In this document: positions 44,860 to 54,861 of the stretch, piece after piece
Layout: every line of letters begins with the position of its first letter
Numbering within the stretch: the first letter of the stretch is position 1
Origin: Bacteroidota bacterium
GTDB taxonomy: Bacteria > Bacteroidota > Bacteroidia > Flavobacteriales > Flavobacteriaceae
Reading direction: 5' to 3'
DNA length: 59,292 bases
NCBI GenBank assembly: GCA_039815575.1
Contig: JBCBZA010000001.1
Coordinates: 1 to 59,292, forward strand
Program-made: the position numbers and the translations under genes
Notes under the pieces: generated by a model
What the model was told of the DNA's origin: nothing
The model's database searches: none
Seen by the model: only the letters and a program-made list of their open reading frames with translations

Positions 44860-45543
44860 ATGGTGAAGCTAAAAATAACCTGGTCCTATTGCCTGGCATT
44901 CTATTGCATCATCATGTTGTATGTATCGCTACATGAGTTGGTCCATCATTTCTCAGGATATCTTATCTGTGGGGATTGGGGGATTAAATCATTCAATTAC
45001 TTTGAAACGGCATGTGAGGACGATAAAAAATCATTGCTCGCAACTTATGTTGGACCACTCTTTTCATTTGCCATGATGTATTATGGTATGTATCTATTGA
45101 AAAAAAGAAATTTAGACAGGACAAAACATCTTGGTTTTGCCATCGTATTTGCCCAGTTACCCTTTCAGAGAATGATTTCCCCATTTTTCCGTATGAACGA
45201 TGAATTCTATGCCTCTGCCAAATTATTTGGAAACACGGACTCTGTGTATTGGTCCGTGATCATTAGTATATGGTTGATTTGTCTGCCTCCCTTGATCAAG
45301 ACCTATAAGGCCATAGCAAACAAAAATAAAATTCTTTGGTTTTTGTTTTACCTCGTCCTATTTCCCTATATCCTTTGGGGTCCTATTTTTGGTGGACTTG
45401 AATACCTGATGGTGGAAAAGAAATTTCTGGCACAACCCATCATCGGCATTGGTCTGTTATTTATCCTGAATGAGATAGTGACAATTATAGCCTATTATTA
45501 CACTAAAAAGTACATTGATCCCTACTGGAAAAAATCGGGATAG
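44860..45543 (+). CDS. Integral membrane protein, M50-like zinc metalloprotease candidate
   Basis: SLHELVHH (HExxH) at the end of TM1, VGP, and a downstream NDE. Multi-TM. Confidence 0.6.
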   Translation: MVKLKITWSYCLAFYCIIMLYVSLHELVHHFSGYLICGDWGIKSFNYFETACEDDKKSLLATYVGPLFSFAMMYYGMYLLKKRNLDRTKHLGFAIVFAQLPFQRMISPFFRMNDEFYASAKLFGNTDSVYWSVIISIWLICLPPLIKTYKAIANKNKILWFLFYLVLFPYILWGPIFGGLEYLMVEKKFLAQPIIGIGLLFILNEIVTIIAYYYTKKYIDPYWKKSG

Positions 45544-45633
45544 GTCAAATGACCGTAATTATAGGTTTTAAAAACTAAACATCATGTACCAACGTGCATA
45601 GTCCCAACTGGCGATTGGGATGACAACAAAAGG

Positions 45634-48600
45634 CTACCCATTGACATCCTTTAGTAGCTCCTCAATGGACCGTTCCAATTGTTGGTCCACTCCTTTGTCA
45701 ATCACATCTGGATTATTTTTAACCCTGATCATGGGTTCCGTCTGATTGTTTTCCATCCATTCCCCAGCTTTATTCTTTGCACTTACGGGCACCACTCCCC
45801 ATCGTCCTCCATCAGGAAGGCGTTCCCATCCCGCAAAACTGCAGGTACCTGGAACCGGCATTCCTACCGTTTTTCCAATCTTAAGATCTGTATACCCGCT
45901 GGCAAAGCAATGACCATCACTATACATGGATTCATTAAAAATGGCCAAAGTAGGTTTTGTCCAACGCGATGTGGGCTCCCCGCCTACCTTTCGGTCTTCG
46001 GTTTCATAAGAGATAAAAGGTTCGCCCGTAAAGAACATGGCCAAATCAGCCACTAAATCCCCTCCCCCATTGAATCTTGTATCAATGATGACCGCTTTTT
46101 TGTCAGCAAATTTTCCCAGCATCTGCTCATAAACATTGCGGTAAGGACCATCACTCATTCCAGGAATATGCACGTAGCCCAACTCACCCTTACTTTTTTC
46201 TTCAACCTCTTTTTCATTGGTTTTGACCCATCTCCTATATAACAGTCGATTTTCATCATTTAATGAAATAGGCTTTACCGTAATCTGTTGTCTTTTTTGG
46301 GTAGTAGGATCAAAAACATCCAATAAGGTAAATTCGCCCGCCTTACGATTAAGATATTGGGCAACGTCCTTATCCGATGCTATGGCTTCCCCATTAATCT
46401 TTTCAATGATACTTCCTGCTTTTATTGAAAAGGAAGCCTTGTCCAACGGTCCTCCTTTTATGATTTCAGCAATTTTTATACCGCTTGCTTCGTGCGTATA
46501 ATCCATAAAAATACCAAGGCTTGCCGTCGCATCCCCATTAGGAATAGTACCATTAAAACGTCCTCCAGCATGACTCACGTTCAGTTCGCCCAATAATTCA
46601 GAAACCATTTCAGAAAATTCATAGGAATTTCCTAAATGAGGGATATATTTTTCGTATTCCTTCCGCAATAGATTCCAATCCATGCCATGAAAATTGGAGT
46701 GATAGAAAATGGAATTGGTACGTAACCAAACATGTTCAAACATATGCTGGCGCTCAGCATCGGTATCCAATTGCATTTCAGATTTCATCTTGACCGGTTT
46801 CGTAGAGGCGCTACCTAGATCTACTTTTAAAATCCTTCCATCACTAAGGAGAAAAAGGTTTTCCTTTTTAGTGTCCCATTGCAAACTTGCTCTTTTAGCA
46901 CCAAGGGAAATCAACATTTTGGTCTTCTTGGTGCGTAGTTCCGTTTCCCATAGGTTCATGTTTTTTTCAAATCGGGCCAGGTAATAGAGTTTTTCGCCAT
47001 CCTTGGACAGTATAGCATCCCCCAAACTGGAAGAGTGTATGGTCAAACGCGCCTTGCGTTCCCTTAAATCTTCCCAGTCAAAGATTACAGCTGGGTTCCC
47101 TTTCTCTTTTTCGCTATCTTTTTTGCCTTTCTTCTTTTTAGTATCGGTTTCCCCATCCCCATTTTTAGCACTTTTAGATTCCTCAATCAGCTTCATCAAA
47201 TCAAAATCCTCTTTCGACATGTTGAACTTGTCCCAACCTTCTTTTGTCAGGAACATGGCATACACATCAGCTTGTGTTCTGCCGCTTGTCGCATAACTCT
47301 TTAAACCATCACGATTGCTGAACCACAGTAGCCGTTTTCCGCCATCCACCCATTTTGGGAAATAATCAAAGTACCCACTTTGGGTCAAATTCTCTTTTTG
47401 GGAACCATCAGCAGAAATCAATAAAATTTCTCCATTGCTTAAGGTCTTTCCCCACGAAACGGCTAGCCATTTGCTATCTGGGCTCCACTTAAAATATTTA
47501 TCGCCATCTTGAAAATGATAGAGTTCGTCTGGGGTAAGCAACGTTTTTTCTTCCTTGGTTTTTAAGTTCAGCACTTTTAAAGTCCTTCTATCTTCGATGT
47601 ACGCCATGAAGGTGCCATTTGCTGAAAACTCAGGAAGGTAGCAATCCACGTTTTTCCCTAGAACCCGTTCTTCGGTAAACAGTGTAGCTGCGAAAAAATA
47701 AGGTTCTTCACTTCTGGTCTTGGTCGTTTTAAAAATCTGCCACTTCCCTTCACGCTCGCTGGCATAGGCAACGGCTTTACCGTCCGAAGTGAATCGAACA
47801 AACCGCTCTTGTTCCGGGGTATTGGTCAATCGTTTCGTCAGTCCACCCTCAACAGCAGTTACAAAAACCTCACCACGAGCAATGAATGCAATTTCCTTTC
47901 CGTTTGGGGAAACTGTCATTTCACGGACGCCAGCGTTAATGGAAATGTACTTATCCGCATTTGAACCATCCTGTGTACGAATGAGAATAGTTACCTTTTG
48001 AGGTTCCTCACCATCTTTTAAGGTGTAGATTTCGCCATCGTAGCTAAAGGCCATCATTCCATTACCATAGGACAAGGACCGCACAGGGTGTGTTTTTAAG
48101 GAGGTTAATTGTTCTGTTTGGGAAGGATTCTCCAAACCAAAGCGATGAACATTAAAGCTGCCACTTTCCTCACTAAGATAATAGACCGTTTTTCCATCTG
48201 CAGACAACACCGGATTTCTGTCCTCCCCTTTAAAGGTTGTCAGTTTGGTATGGGTGTCTTGGTTAAAATCATATTTCCAAATATCGCGGGTGATAGCGGA
48301 AATATGATGCTTTCTAAATTCATTTTCATACCCCTTGCGGTCGTGATACACTAGAAAAGCCCCATCCCCACTCAACTGCACGTCTTCAGCAGGAACTGTA
48401 AGTACTTGATCCACCCTACCGGCATCTGTAGGCACCTCATAAAGCTCAGGTTGTACCCTAGTCGGATATTGACGGTGATTCACATCATCTTGTCTAACAG
48501 CTCCGAATAGTATCTTTTCATTGTTATTTGAGAACGTGTAGGGCACCTCATCATTACTATGAAAAGATAGTCGTGTTGCGGCACCTCCCTCAGCATCCAT

Positions 48601-48873
48601 TTTAAAAATATCAAAATTACCGTAGCGATTGGAAGCAAAGGCAATATGCTTACCATCATCGCTCCATACCGCCCGATAGTCATGCGCCTTATGAAAGGTT
48701 AATTGCGTGGCGGTCCCGCCCTTTGAAGCTACACGGAACAAATTCCCTTTGTACGTAAATACAATAGTGGAACCATCAGGTGAAATTGATGGATATCTAG
48801 CCCACTGCGGAGTGATTTGCGCCGTTAAAAATGTGGTCAGGACAAGGGACGTTACAAGGAAAAAACCTCTCAT
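45634..48873 (-). CDS. Tricorn-like S41 peptidase (beta-propellers + PDZ + S41 domain)
   Basis: PD40/TolB-like repeats (ISPDG, WSDDG), ELNVSH, PDZ (GGPLD), GYVHIPGM, IDTRFNGGG, MYSDG. ATG at 48873 preferred. Confidence 0.92.
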   Translation of the reverse strand: MRGFFLVTSLVLTTFLTAQITPQWARYPSISPDGSTIVFTYKGNLFRVASKGGTATQLTFHKAHDYRAVWSDDGKHIAFASNRYGNFDIFKMDAEGGAATRLSFHSNDEVPYTFSNNNEKILFGAVRQDDVNHRQYPTRVQPELYEVPTDAGRVDQVLTVPAEDVQLSGDGAFLVYHDRKGYENEFRKHHISAITRDIWKYDFNQDTHTKLTTFKGEDRNPVLSADGKTVYYLSEESGSFNVHRFGLENPSQTEQLTSLKTHPVRSLSYGNGMMAFSYDGEIYTLKDGEEPQKVTILIRTQDGSNADKYISINAGVREMTVSPNGKEIAFIARGEVFVTAVEGGLTKRLTNTPEQERFVRFTSDGKAVAYASEREGKWQIFKTTKTRSEEPYFFAATLFTEERVLGKNVDCYLPEFSANGTFMAYIEDRRTLKVLNLKTKEEKTLLTPDELYHFQDGDKYFKWSPDSKWLAVSWGKTLSNGEILLISADGSQKENLTQSGYFDYFPKWVDGGKRLLWFSNRDGLKSYATSGRTQADVYAMFLTKEGWDKFNMSKEDFDLMKLIEESKSAKNGDGETDTKKKKGKKDSEKEKGNPAVIFDWEDLRERKARLTIHSSSLGDAILSKDGEKLYYLARFEKNMNLWETELRTKKTKMLISLGAKRASLQWDTKKENLFLLSDGRILKVDLGSASTKPVKMKSEMQLDTDAERQHMFEHVWLRTNSIFYHSNFHGMDWNLLRKEYEKYIPHLGNSYEFSEMVSELLGELNVSHAGGRFNGTIPNGDATASLGIFMDYTHEASGIKIAEIIKGGPLDKASFSIKAGSIIEKINGEAIASDKDVAQYLNRKAGEFTLLDVFDPTTQKRQQITVKPISLNDENRLLYRRWVKTNEKEVEEKSKGELGYVHIPGMSDGPYRNVYEQMLGKFADKKAVIIDTRFNGGGDLVADLAMFFTGEPFISYETEDRKVGGEPTSRWTKPTLAIFNESMYSDGHCFASGYTDLKIGKTVGMPVPGTCSFAGWERLPDGGRWGVVPVSAKNKAGEWMENNQTEPMIRVKNNPDVIDKGVDQQLERSIEELLKDVNG

Positions 48874-48945
48874 GCTATTAGGGTTTGGTTCGGTTGCGGA
48901 AGATACCAAAAACTGGGTTTTCACCTATTTGAAATCATCATTTTT

Positions 48946-50196
48946 CTAATTCTTTGTGTATTTTTTATGATATATCCAAGCCGCAACGGCCCCAACAAAA
49001 GAGAAGCCTGTCAACATCCAAAACACGTATTGGTGTCCCTGCTCCCCGGGATAGGCATCCAAGAAATATCCGTAGGCCGGCCCTGCAAAAATATCGGGGG
49101 TGTACCCCACCAAAGAAATAAGTCCAACGGCCGTACCCGTAAGCACCAAGGGAATCCTTCCTACCTGCATCACCCCAAAGTAAAGGGCCCTTGCGGCATA
49201 CACCCCAATCGCTATAATGATTACAGAGATAAAAAATAGGGCTGTAGTATTTGGTGCAATAATGCCGGATGCAAATAAAACTCCACCAAGTATGCAAAGT
49301 ACCAGAGCAAGAAATAACCAAAACGTAATTTTAAAACGATCTACCAACAGTCCCACCAAGATTCCTGTCGTGGGACGTAAAAATTGAAGAAAAGTCCCTA
49401 CTTGGGCAGATTTTACCTGATCGTATAGCATAACTTCATTGGCATATTGGGAGATAATATCGGTAATTTTGTATCCAACATAGGAACATAGAATAATCAC
49501 CATCAACAGCCATACCGAAGGTAGTTTTAACACTTGCTTTAGTTCGCTCCATGTAATTCTTTCAATAAGAATTTCCTCTTCATTTACCACTGATTTCATA
49601 AAGAACCACACAAAAATCCCAACCATAACAATGATAGCGGAAGCGATGTAAATCACATAGGTAAACGCATTTTGTCTATCCGGTAGGGAAGCTTCTGAAA
49701 TATCAATACCCAAAAAAGCCGAAAAGACAAAAACCCCCAACAATCCAAACAGGGCACCGGTTAAACCTCGACCTCCGTCCAAAAGACCAAAGGCTTTCCC
49801 TTGGGAAGTATTTCCTCCCCAAACCCGTGTGGCTTTGATCATTGGAGCCCAAAACAAAAAAATGGTAGTAAATCCCCAATAACCATACAATAGTTGCAAA
49901 GTGGTCAATGAGGGGTATTGCGCATATAATACCCCACCCAAGGCTGTTAGCCACAACGCTATGGCAATCAATTTTCTAGGTGCAAATTTGTCTGCAAGAG
50001 GTCCGCCCAACGGATACGATATCATGGCAATGATACCATATAGCGAAAAACACAATCCCAATTGGACATTATCCAATCCAAAAACATCCAAAACCGTTGG
50101 TCGAAATATACGCGGTAGCACAAAAGGAAGTATAAAAACAGCTTCCCCAGCCAAAATAAGAAGGATAAGGTAGTACCAAGGAGCGTTCTGCTTCAT
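48946..50196 (-). CDS. MFS transporter
   Basis: About 12 TM segments, GGPLADKFAPRK (MFS motif A), GLLVDRF. Confidence 0.88.
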   Translation of the reverse strand: MKQNAPWYYLILLILAGEAVFILPFVLPRIFRPTVLDVFGLDNVQLGLCFSLYGIIAMISYPLGGPLADKFAPRKLIAIALWLTALGGVLYAQYPSLTTLQLLYGYWGFTTIFLFWAPMIKATRVWGGNTSQGKAFGLLDGGRGLTGALFGLLGVFVFSAFLGIDISEASLPDRQNAFTYVIYIASAIIVMVGIFVWFFMKSVVNEEEILIERITWSELKQVLKLPSVWLLMVIILCSYVGYKITDIISQYANEVMLYDQVKSAQVGTFLQFLRPTTGILVGLLVDRFKITFWLFLALVLCILGGVLFASGIIAPNTTALFFISVIIIAIGVYAARALYFGVMQVGRIPLVLTGTAVGLISLVGYTPDIFAGPAYGYFLDAYPGEQGHQYVFWMLTGFSFVGAVAAWIYHKKYTKN

Positions 50197-50216
50197 GGAC
50201 CCCAAAGTACGATAAT

Positions 50217-50747
50217 TTACTTCTTTGTCTTAAACAATCTTAATACAAGCCTGCCAAGCATGAACAATCCAAAACAGATCAATGCAAAAATACTTCCAAA
50301 ACCCATAGGTATCACTGCACCAAACGTAAAAGTAGATCCCAATACCCAGCCTAAAAGAAATTCAGAATAATACAAGGGAAAAAACAACCCCAATCCTAAA
50401 ATGGAAAGCAAAACGAACGTAGGTATTTCAATGCCGTTCATGAAACAAACGGCAATGGTGATGGCAACTGTAGCGGCAGCCAAAAATCGAAGTAACACTG
50501 TTTTCAAGGAATCTTGAGGGTCTACTCCATCGGTTCTTTTTTGAATCCTATGCAATAAAAACCAAGTGAAAAAAGGTAGGATCATAGCCCCTACCCAGTT
50601 TGGAATTCCGGGCATATCCTTATTGTGAAATAAATAATGGACCGGTATGCCCCCATGAAAATAGTCCCAAAGTACATGACCCCAAACGAGAAGGGTAACT
50701 ACTAAAGTGACATGTATACGTCGATTTTTGGTCAGGGTTTTGGACAT
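50217..50747 (-). CDS. Hypothetical integral membrane protein
   Basis: About 5 TM segments and a His-rich loop (HVLWDYFHGGIPVHYLFH). Confidence 0.75.
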   Translation of the reverse strand: MSKTLTKNRRIHVTLVVTLLVWGHVLWDYFHGGIPVHYLFHNKDMPGIPNWVGAMILPFFTWFLLHRIQKRTDGVDPQDSLKTVLLRFLAAATVAITIAVCFMNGIEIPTFVLLSILGLGLFFPLYYSEFLLGWVLGSTFTFGAVIPMGFGSIFALICFGLFMLGRLVLRLFKTKK

Positions 50748-50772
50748 TTTGATGCGTTTGTGGTTACCATGG

Positions 50773-50800
50773 TTAGACGCTAATCCTCCTAATTTGTTAC
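50773..50800 (-). promoter_or_regulatory. ECF-sigma-like promoter (GTAAC-N16-CGTCTAA)
   Basis: Minus strand reads GTAAC aaattaggaggattag CGTCTAA, ending 26 nt before the ATG at 50747. Confidence 0.55.
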
Positions 50801-50911
50801 TAAAGACAACGGATGATTATAGGAATAGGAAATTGAAAATGCATTAACACCCTTTTAAGAAATCTCCCTAGGTGATTGGTTTATCTTTAGCCGACTAATT
50901 AACTACCTAAA

Positions 50912-53900
50912 ATGAAAAAATTACTTTCCCTATTGGTGCTACTGGCATCAATACCATTACCCGCTCAAGAATTTTCAATGGATTTGGTTCAAGATATGAA
51001 ACCAAGAAACATAGGTCCTGCTGGAATGAGCGGGCGGGTTACCGCAATCGATGTTGTACTTTCCAATCCTGATGTTATGTACGTGGGTACCGCATCCGGC
51101 GGACTTTGGAAATCCACTTCCGGTGGCATCAAATGGAACCCCATCTTTGATGAGGAAGTCACAGCCTCCATAGGTGCTGTTGCCATTCAACAATCCAACC
51201 CCTCTGTTATTTGGGTAGGCACTGGTGAAGGAAATCCGCGAAACAGTTTGAATGGGGGCTATGGGGTTTTTAAGTCCCTAGACGGTGGAAAGTCCTGGAA
51301 AGCTATGGGACTGGAAAAAACAAGACATATCCATCGTGTGATTATTGACCCAACAAATCCCAATGTGGTTTATGTAGGGGCTATAGGTTCTCCTTGGGGG
51401 GAGCATCCCGAACGCGGTGTTTTTAAAACAACAGATGGCGGCAAAACATGGTCCAAAATTTTATTTGTAAACAACAAAACCGGGGTAGCCGATATGGTAA
51501 TGGATCCCACAAACCCAAATAAGATCATCGCGGCCATGTGGGAACACAAACGCGACCCTTGGTTCTTTAAGTCTGGAGGAGCGGGAAGTGGTTTATACAT
51601 GACTCATGATGGTGGCGATACCTGGAAGGAGATAACCGAAGAAGAGGGGTTACCAAAGGGAGATTTAGGGCGGATAGGTATTGCAGTCGCCAAAAACAAA
51701 CCAAATATTGTTTATGCACTGGTAGAAGCGAAAAAAAATGCGTTGTACAAATCGGAAGATGGAGGTTTCAAGTGGAAAAAGGTCAATGACAAAAATGACA
51801 TAGGCAATCGCCCTTTTTATTATTCTGAAATCTATGTGGATCCCGAAAATGAAAACCGGGTATTTTCAATATTCACCTATGTCAATGTCTCTGAAGATGG
51901 AGGTAAAAACTTTACACAGCTTATGCCTGCTTATGGTGTTGATAATGGGGTTCACCCCGATCATCATGCGTGGTGGATCCATCCAGAAAATGGGCAATTT
52001 ATGATTGATGGCAACGATGGAGGTATGAACATCACCAAAGATGGGGGGAAAACCTGGCGCTTTATTGGCAACTTGCCCGTTGCCCAGTTTTACCATATTA
52101 GTGTGGATAATGAATATCCTTATAATGTTTACGGGGGTATGCAGGATAATGGTTCTTGGAGGGGGCCAGCCTATGTATGGCGCGCTCAGGGAATCCGTAA
52201 CAGTTACTGGCAAGAAATTGCCTTCGGAGATGGATTTGACGTTGTTCCCGACAAGGATGATAGCCAATTTGGTTATGCCATGAGCCAACAAGGTTTTGTG
52301 AGCCGATACGATTGGAAAACAGGAAACAACTATATAGTTCGACCTACACCACCCGACGCCGAAACCAAGTTACGCTTTAATTGGAATGCGGGTATCGGTC
52401 AAGACCCATTCGATAATTCGACCGTTTATTTTGGAAGTCAGTTCGTTCATAAATCGACCGACAAAGGATTGACATGGACCACAATTTCGTCCGATCTCAC
52501 TACCAACGATCCCGAAAAACAAAAACAAAGTGAAAGTGGTGGACTCACTATGGATGCCACTGGAGCGGAAAACCATTGTACGATTCTAGTTATTGAACCG
52601 TCCCCTGTGGAAAAAGATATGCTATGGGTAGGTACCGATGATGGTCGTGTTCACTATACCCAAAATGGGGGACAAACATGGACTGAAGTCACCGGAAATA
52701 TTAAAGGATTACCAAAAGGAAGCTGGATTCCCCAAATTAAGGCTTCGCAGAACAATAAGGGAGAAGCCCTATTGATTGCCAACGATTACCGTAGGTTCAA
52801 CTACACCCCATATGCCTATCGGACCAGTGACTATGGGAAGACCTGGACCCGAATAATAGATGATAATGACGTTGGGAGCTATACCCTATCCATCATTGAA
52901 GATCCAGAAAATCCAAATTTGATGTTCTTAGGTACTGACGATGGTCTATACCTCTCTTTTGATGCCGGAAATAAATGGCAAAAATGGACGGAAGGTTATC
53001 CTACTGTATCCACAAAGGACTTGGCCATCCATCCCAGGGAGCAGGATTTGGTCATTGGTACTTTTGGCAGGGCAGCATGGGTATTGGATGATATTCGACC
53101 ACTTCGGGAGTTGGCAGATAGTAAAGCTAAACTACAAAACGATGTAGCCCTTTTTGAAAGTCCTGACGCTTATTTGGCAGCCTATCAACAAGGTACGGGA
53201 AGTCGCTTTGGTGGGGATGCCCTCTATAATGCAGAAAATCGCAAACGTGGAGCCATGATTACCTATTATCTGAAAGAAGGTAAAAAGGATTTGAAAAAGG
53301 AGAAGAGCGATGAAAAGGAAAAAAAGGAAGATGACGAAGACACCAGTAAAAAAGAACTGACCGGCGTACAAAAAAAGGATTCGTTACAATTTGACTTCTA
53401 TGACGGCTCCCGATTGATCCGCACCTTAAAATATAAAACTCCAGCAAAAAAAGGGTTCCATCGGGTATATTGGGGATTAAACGAAAAGGGTCCGGACCGT
53501 CCCGCCCGAAAAATAAGTAAGAGCAAACGAGAGCCAGGGGGGACAACTGTGAAGCCAGGAACCTATAAAGTCAAAGTTACTTTTGGTGAAACCAGTGACT
53601 CTACTAGGATAACCGTAAAAACGGACCCTAGATTAAAAGTTTCCACGGCTGGTCTAAATGAGGTGTACCAAACGCGCAAGCAATTGGAAGAGTATATTCA
53701 AACCGCTGCGGATGCGGTAAAGCAATTGGTGGAAAGCAAAGATTTGGCCAATAAGTTTCAAAAGGAAATGAAAGACTTGGATAAGGACAAGTACAAAGAC
53801 CAAATAAAAGCATCGAAAGAGATTGTAAAACAGATAGATTCTGTTATGGCGCTCTATATTGGAAAGGAGGACAAGCGACAGGGAATCACCAGAAATCCTG

Positions 53901-54130
53901 AAATCACGGTCATGCAACGTCTCAATAACGCCAATTTTTATTCTGGAACGCGCAAAAATGGCATCACGGAAACAGAACGTCGTTTAGTGCGGTTCGCCAA
54001 GGAGGACTTAAATGCTGCCTTAGTTAGGACCAATGGGTTCTTTTCAGACAAATGGAATGCCTACAGGGAATCCATTGAAGCACTTGACCTCTCCCCTTTT
54101 GAAACGACAAAAACCTTTAGCTTGGATTAA
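50912..54130 (+). CDS. VPS10/sortilin-like BNR (Asp-box) repeat beta-propeller protein
   Basis: RNIGPAGMSGRV, repeated SxDGGxxW Asp-boxes, GGMQDNGSW, signal peptide, helical C-terminus. Confidence 0.88.
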   Translation: MKKLLSLLVLLASIPLPAQEFSMDLVQDMKPRNIGPAGMSGRVTAIDVVLSNPDVMYVGTASGGLWKSTSGGIKWNPIFDEEVTASIGAVAIQQSNPSVIWVGTGEGNPRNSLNGGYGVFKSLDGGKSWKAMGLEKTRHIHRVIIDPTNPNVVYVGAIGSPWGEHPERGVFKTTDGGKTWSKILFVNNKTGVADMVMDPTNPNKIIAAMWEHKRDPWFFKSGGAGSGLYMTHDGGDTWKEITEEEGLPKGDLGRIGIAVAKNKPNIVYALVEAKKNALYKSEDGGFKWKKVNDKNDIGNRPFYYSEIYVDPENENRVFSIFTYVNVSEDGGKNFTQLMPAYGVDNGVHPDHHAWWIHPENGQFMIDGNDGGMNITKDGGKTWRFIGNLPVAQFYHISVDNEYPYNVYGGMQDNGSWRGPAYVWRAQGIRNSYWQEIAFGDGFDVVPDKDDSQFGYAMSQQGFVSRYDWKTGNNYIVRPTPPDAETKLRFNWNAGIGQDPFDNSTVYFGSQFVHKSTDKGLTWTTISSDLTTNDPEKQKQSESGGLTMDATGAENHCTILVIEPSPVEKDMLWVGTDDGRVHYTQNGGQTWTEVTGNIKGLPKGSWIPQIKASQNNKGEALLIANDYRRFNYTPYAYRTSDYGKTWTRIIDDNDVGSYTLSIIEDPENPNLMFLGTDDGLYLSFDAGNKWQKWTEGYPTVSTKDLAIHPREQDLVIGTFGRAAWVLDDIRPLRELADSKAKLQNDVALFESPDAYLAAYQQGTGSRFGGDALYNAENRKRGAMITYYLKEGKKDLKKEKSDEKEKKEDDEDTSKKELTGVQKKDSLQFDFYDGSRLIRTLKYKTPAKKGFHRVYWGLNEKGPDRPARKISKSKREPGGTTVKPGTYKVKVTFGETSDSTRITVKTDPRLKVSTAGLNEVYQTRKQLEEYIQTAADAVKQLVESKDLANKFQKEMKDLDKDKYKDQIKASKEIVKQIDSVMALYIGKEDKRQGITRNPEITVMQRLNNANFYSGTRKNGITETERRLVRFAKEDLNAALVRTNGFFSDKWNAYRESIEALDLSPFETTKTFSLD

Positions 54131-54810
54131 TGAGGAAACTTTTTTTGTTCAGTTTAGTGCTGCTTACCCAACATATAGCTGCTCAGCAACAAGGTGAGGA
54201 TGACTTTGGCATTTGGTATATGTATTTTGGGATGAACCGGGTTTCCGAACGTTGGAGTGTTCATACGGAGGCTCAGTTCCGGTATTTTGAGACTTCCAGT
54301 AATTTCAATCAACTTTTATTGAGGACAGGAGGGAATTATCACATTAACCCAAATGCTATTGCAACTTTCGGCTATGCTTTTATTGAAACTGACGGCACTT
54401 TCCAATCCATTCCAGGGGAAGAAAACTCAAAAGAGAATCGAATTTTTCAACAGTTCATCTTAAAGAATAAGGTTTGGGAGTTGGCCTTTGAGCATCGCTA
54501 CAGACTTGAACAGCGATTCATAGATTTTGGAAATCGAGACGATACCCAGCATAGGGCTAGATATCGATTGCAGTTGACCCTGCCACTGACAGACACTTTC
54601 TTTCTAAATTTTTATGACGAGATTTTCGTTAACCTCCAAGACAACTTATTTGGCCAAAATCGTCTTTATTTTGCTGGAGGTATACACATCACCGCCAATA
54701 GCAGCTTGCAATTGGGGTATTTGAGAAATCAATTTGCCAATGCGGTCTTTGATCGATGGCAGATAGGTTTCTTTTACAATCCCGACTTAAGGGGTATATT
54801 CAAAAAATAG
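54130..54810 (+). CDS. DUF2490-type outer-membrane beta-barrel protein
   Basis: Signal peptide, EAQFR, ENRIFQQ, HRYRLEQRF, YDEIF, QNRLY. Confidence 0.85.
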   Translation: MRKLFLFSLVLLTQHIAAQQQGEDDFGIWYMYFGMNRVSERWSVHTEAQFRYFETSSNFNQLLLRTGGNYHINPNAIATFGYAFIETDGTFQSIPGEENSKENRIFQQFILKNKVWELAFEHRYRLEQRFIDFGNRDDTQHRARYRLQLTLPLTDTFFLNFYDEIFVNLQDNLFGQNRLYFAGGIHITANSSLQLGYLRNQFANAVFDRWQIGFFYNPDLRGIFKK

Positions 54811-54815
54811 TGCAA

Positions 54816-54844
54816 GGTTAAGGTCATTCGGTGATGCCTTAACC
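54816..54844. other. Intergenic hairpin (GGTTAAGG/CCTTAACC)
   Basis: 8-bp stem with additional inner pairing. No U-tract. Ends 17 nt before the next start. Confidence 0.4.
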
Positions 54845-54861
54845 AAATTCTACAACCAAAA

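Noticed and set aside
45602-45620. TCCCAA-N7-TTGGGA hairpin resembling the 16108 palindrome
   Set aside because: The spacer differs in length and sequence, and it lies between convergent 3' ends. More likely a weak terminator or chance than a shared operator.
53280-53360. Lys/Glu/Asp-rich low-complexity stretch in the VPS10-like protein (a similar one occurs in the S41 protease)
   Set aside because: Charged linkers are common in these exported proteins, and there is no nucleotide-level tandem repeat.
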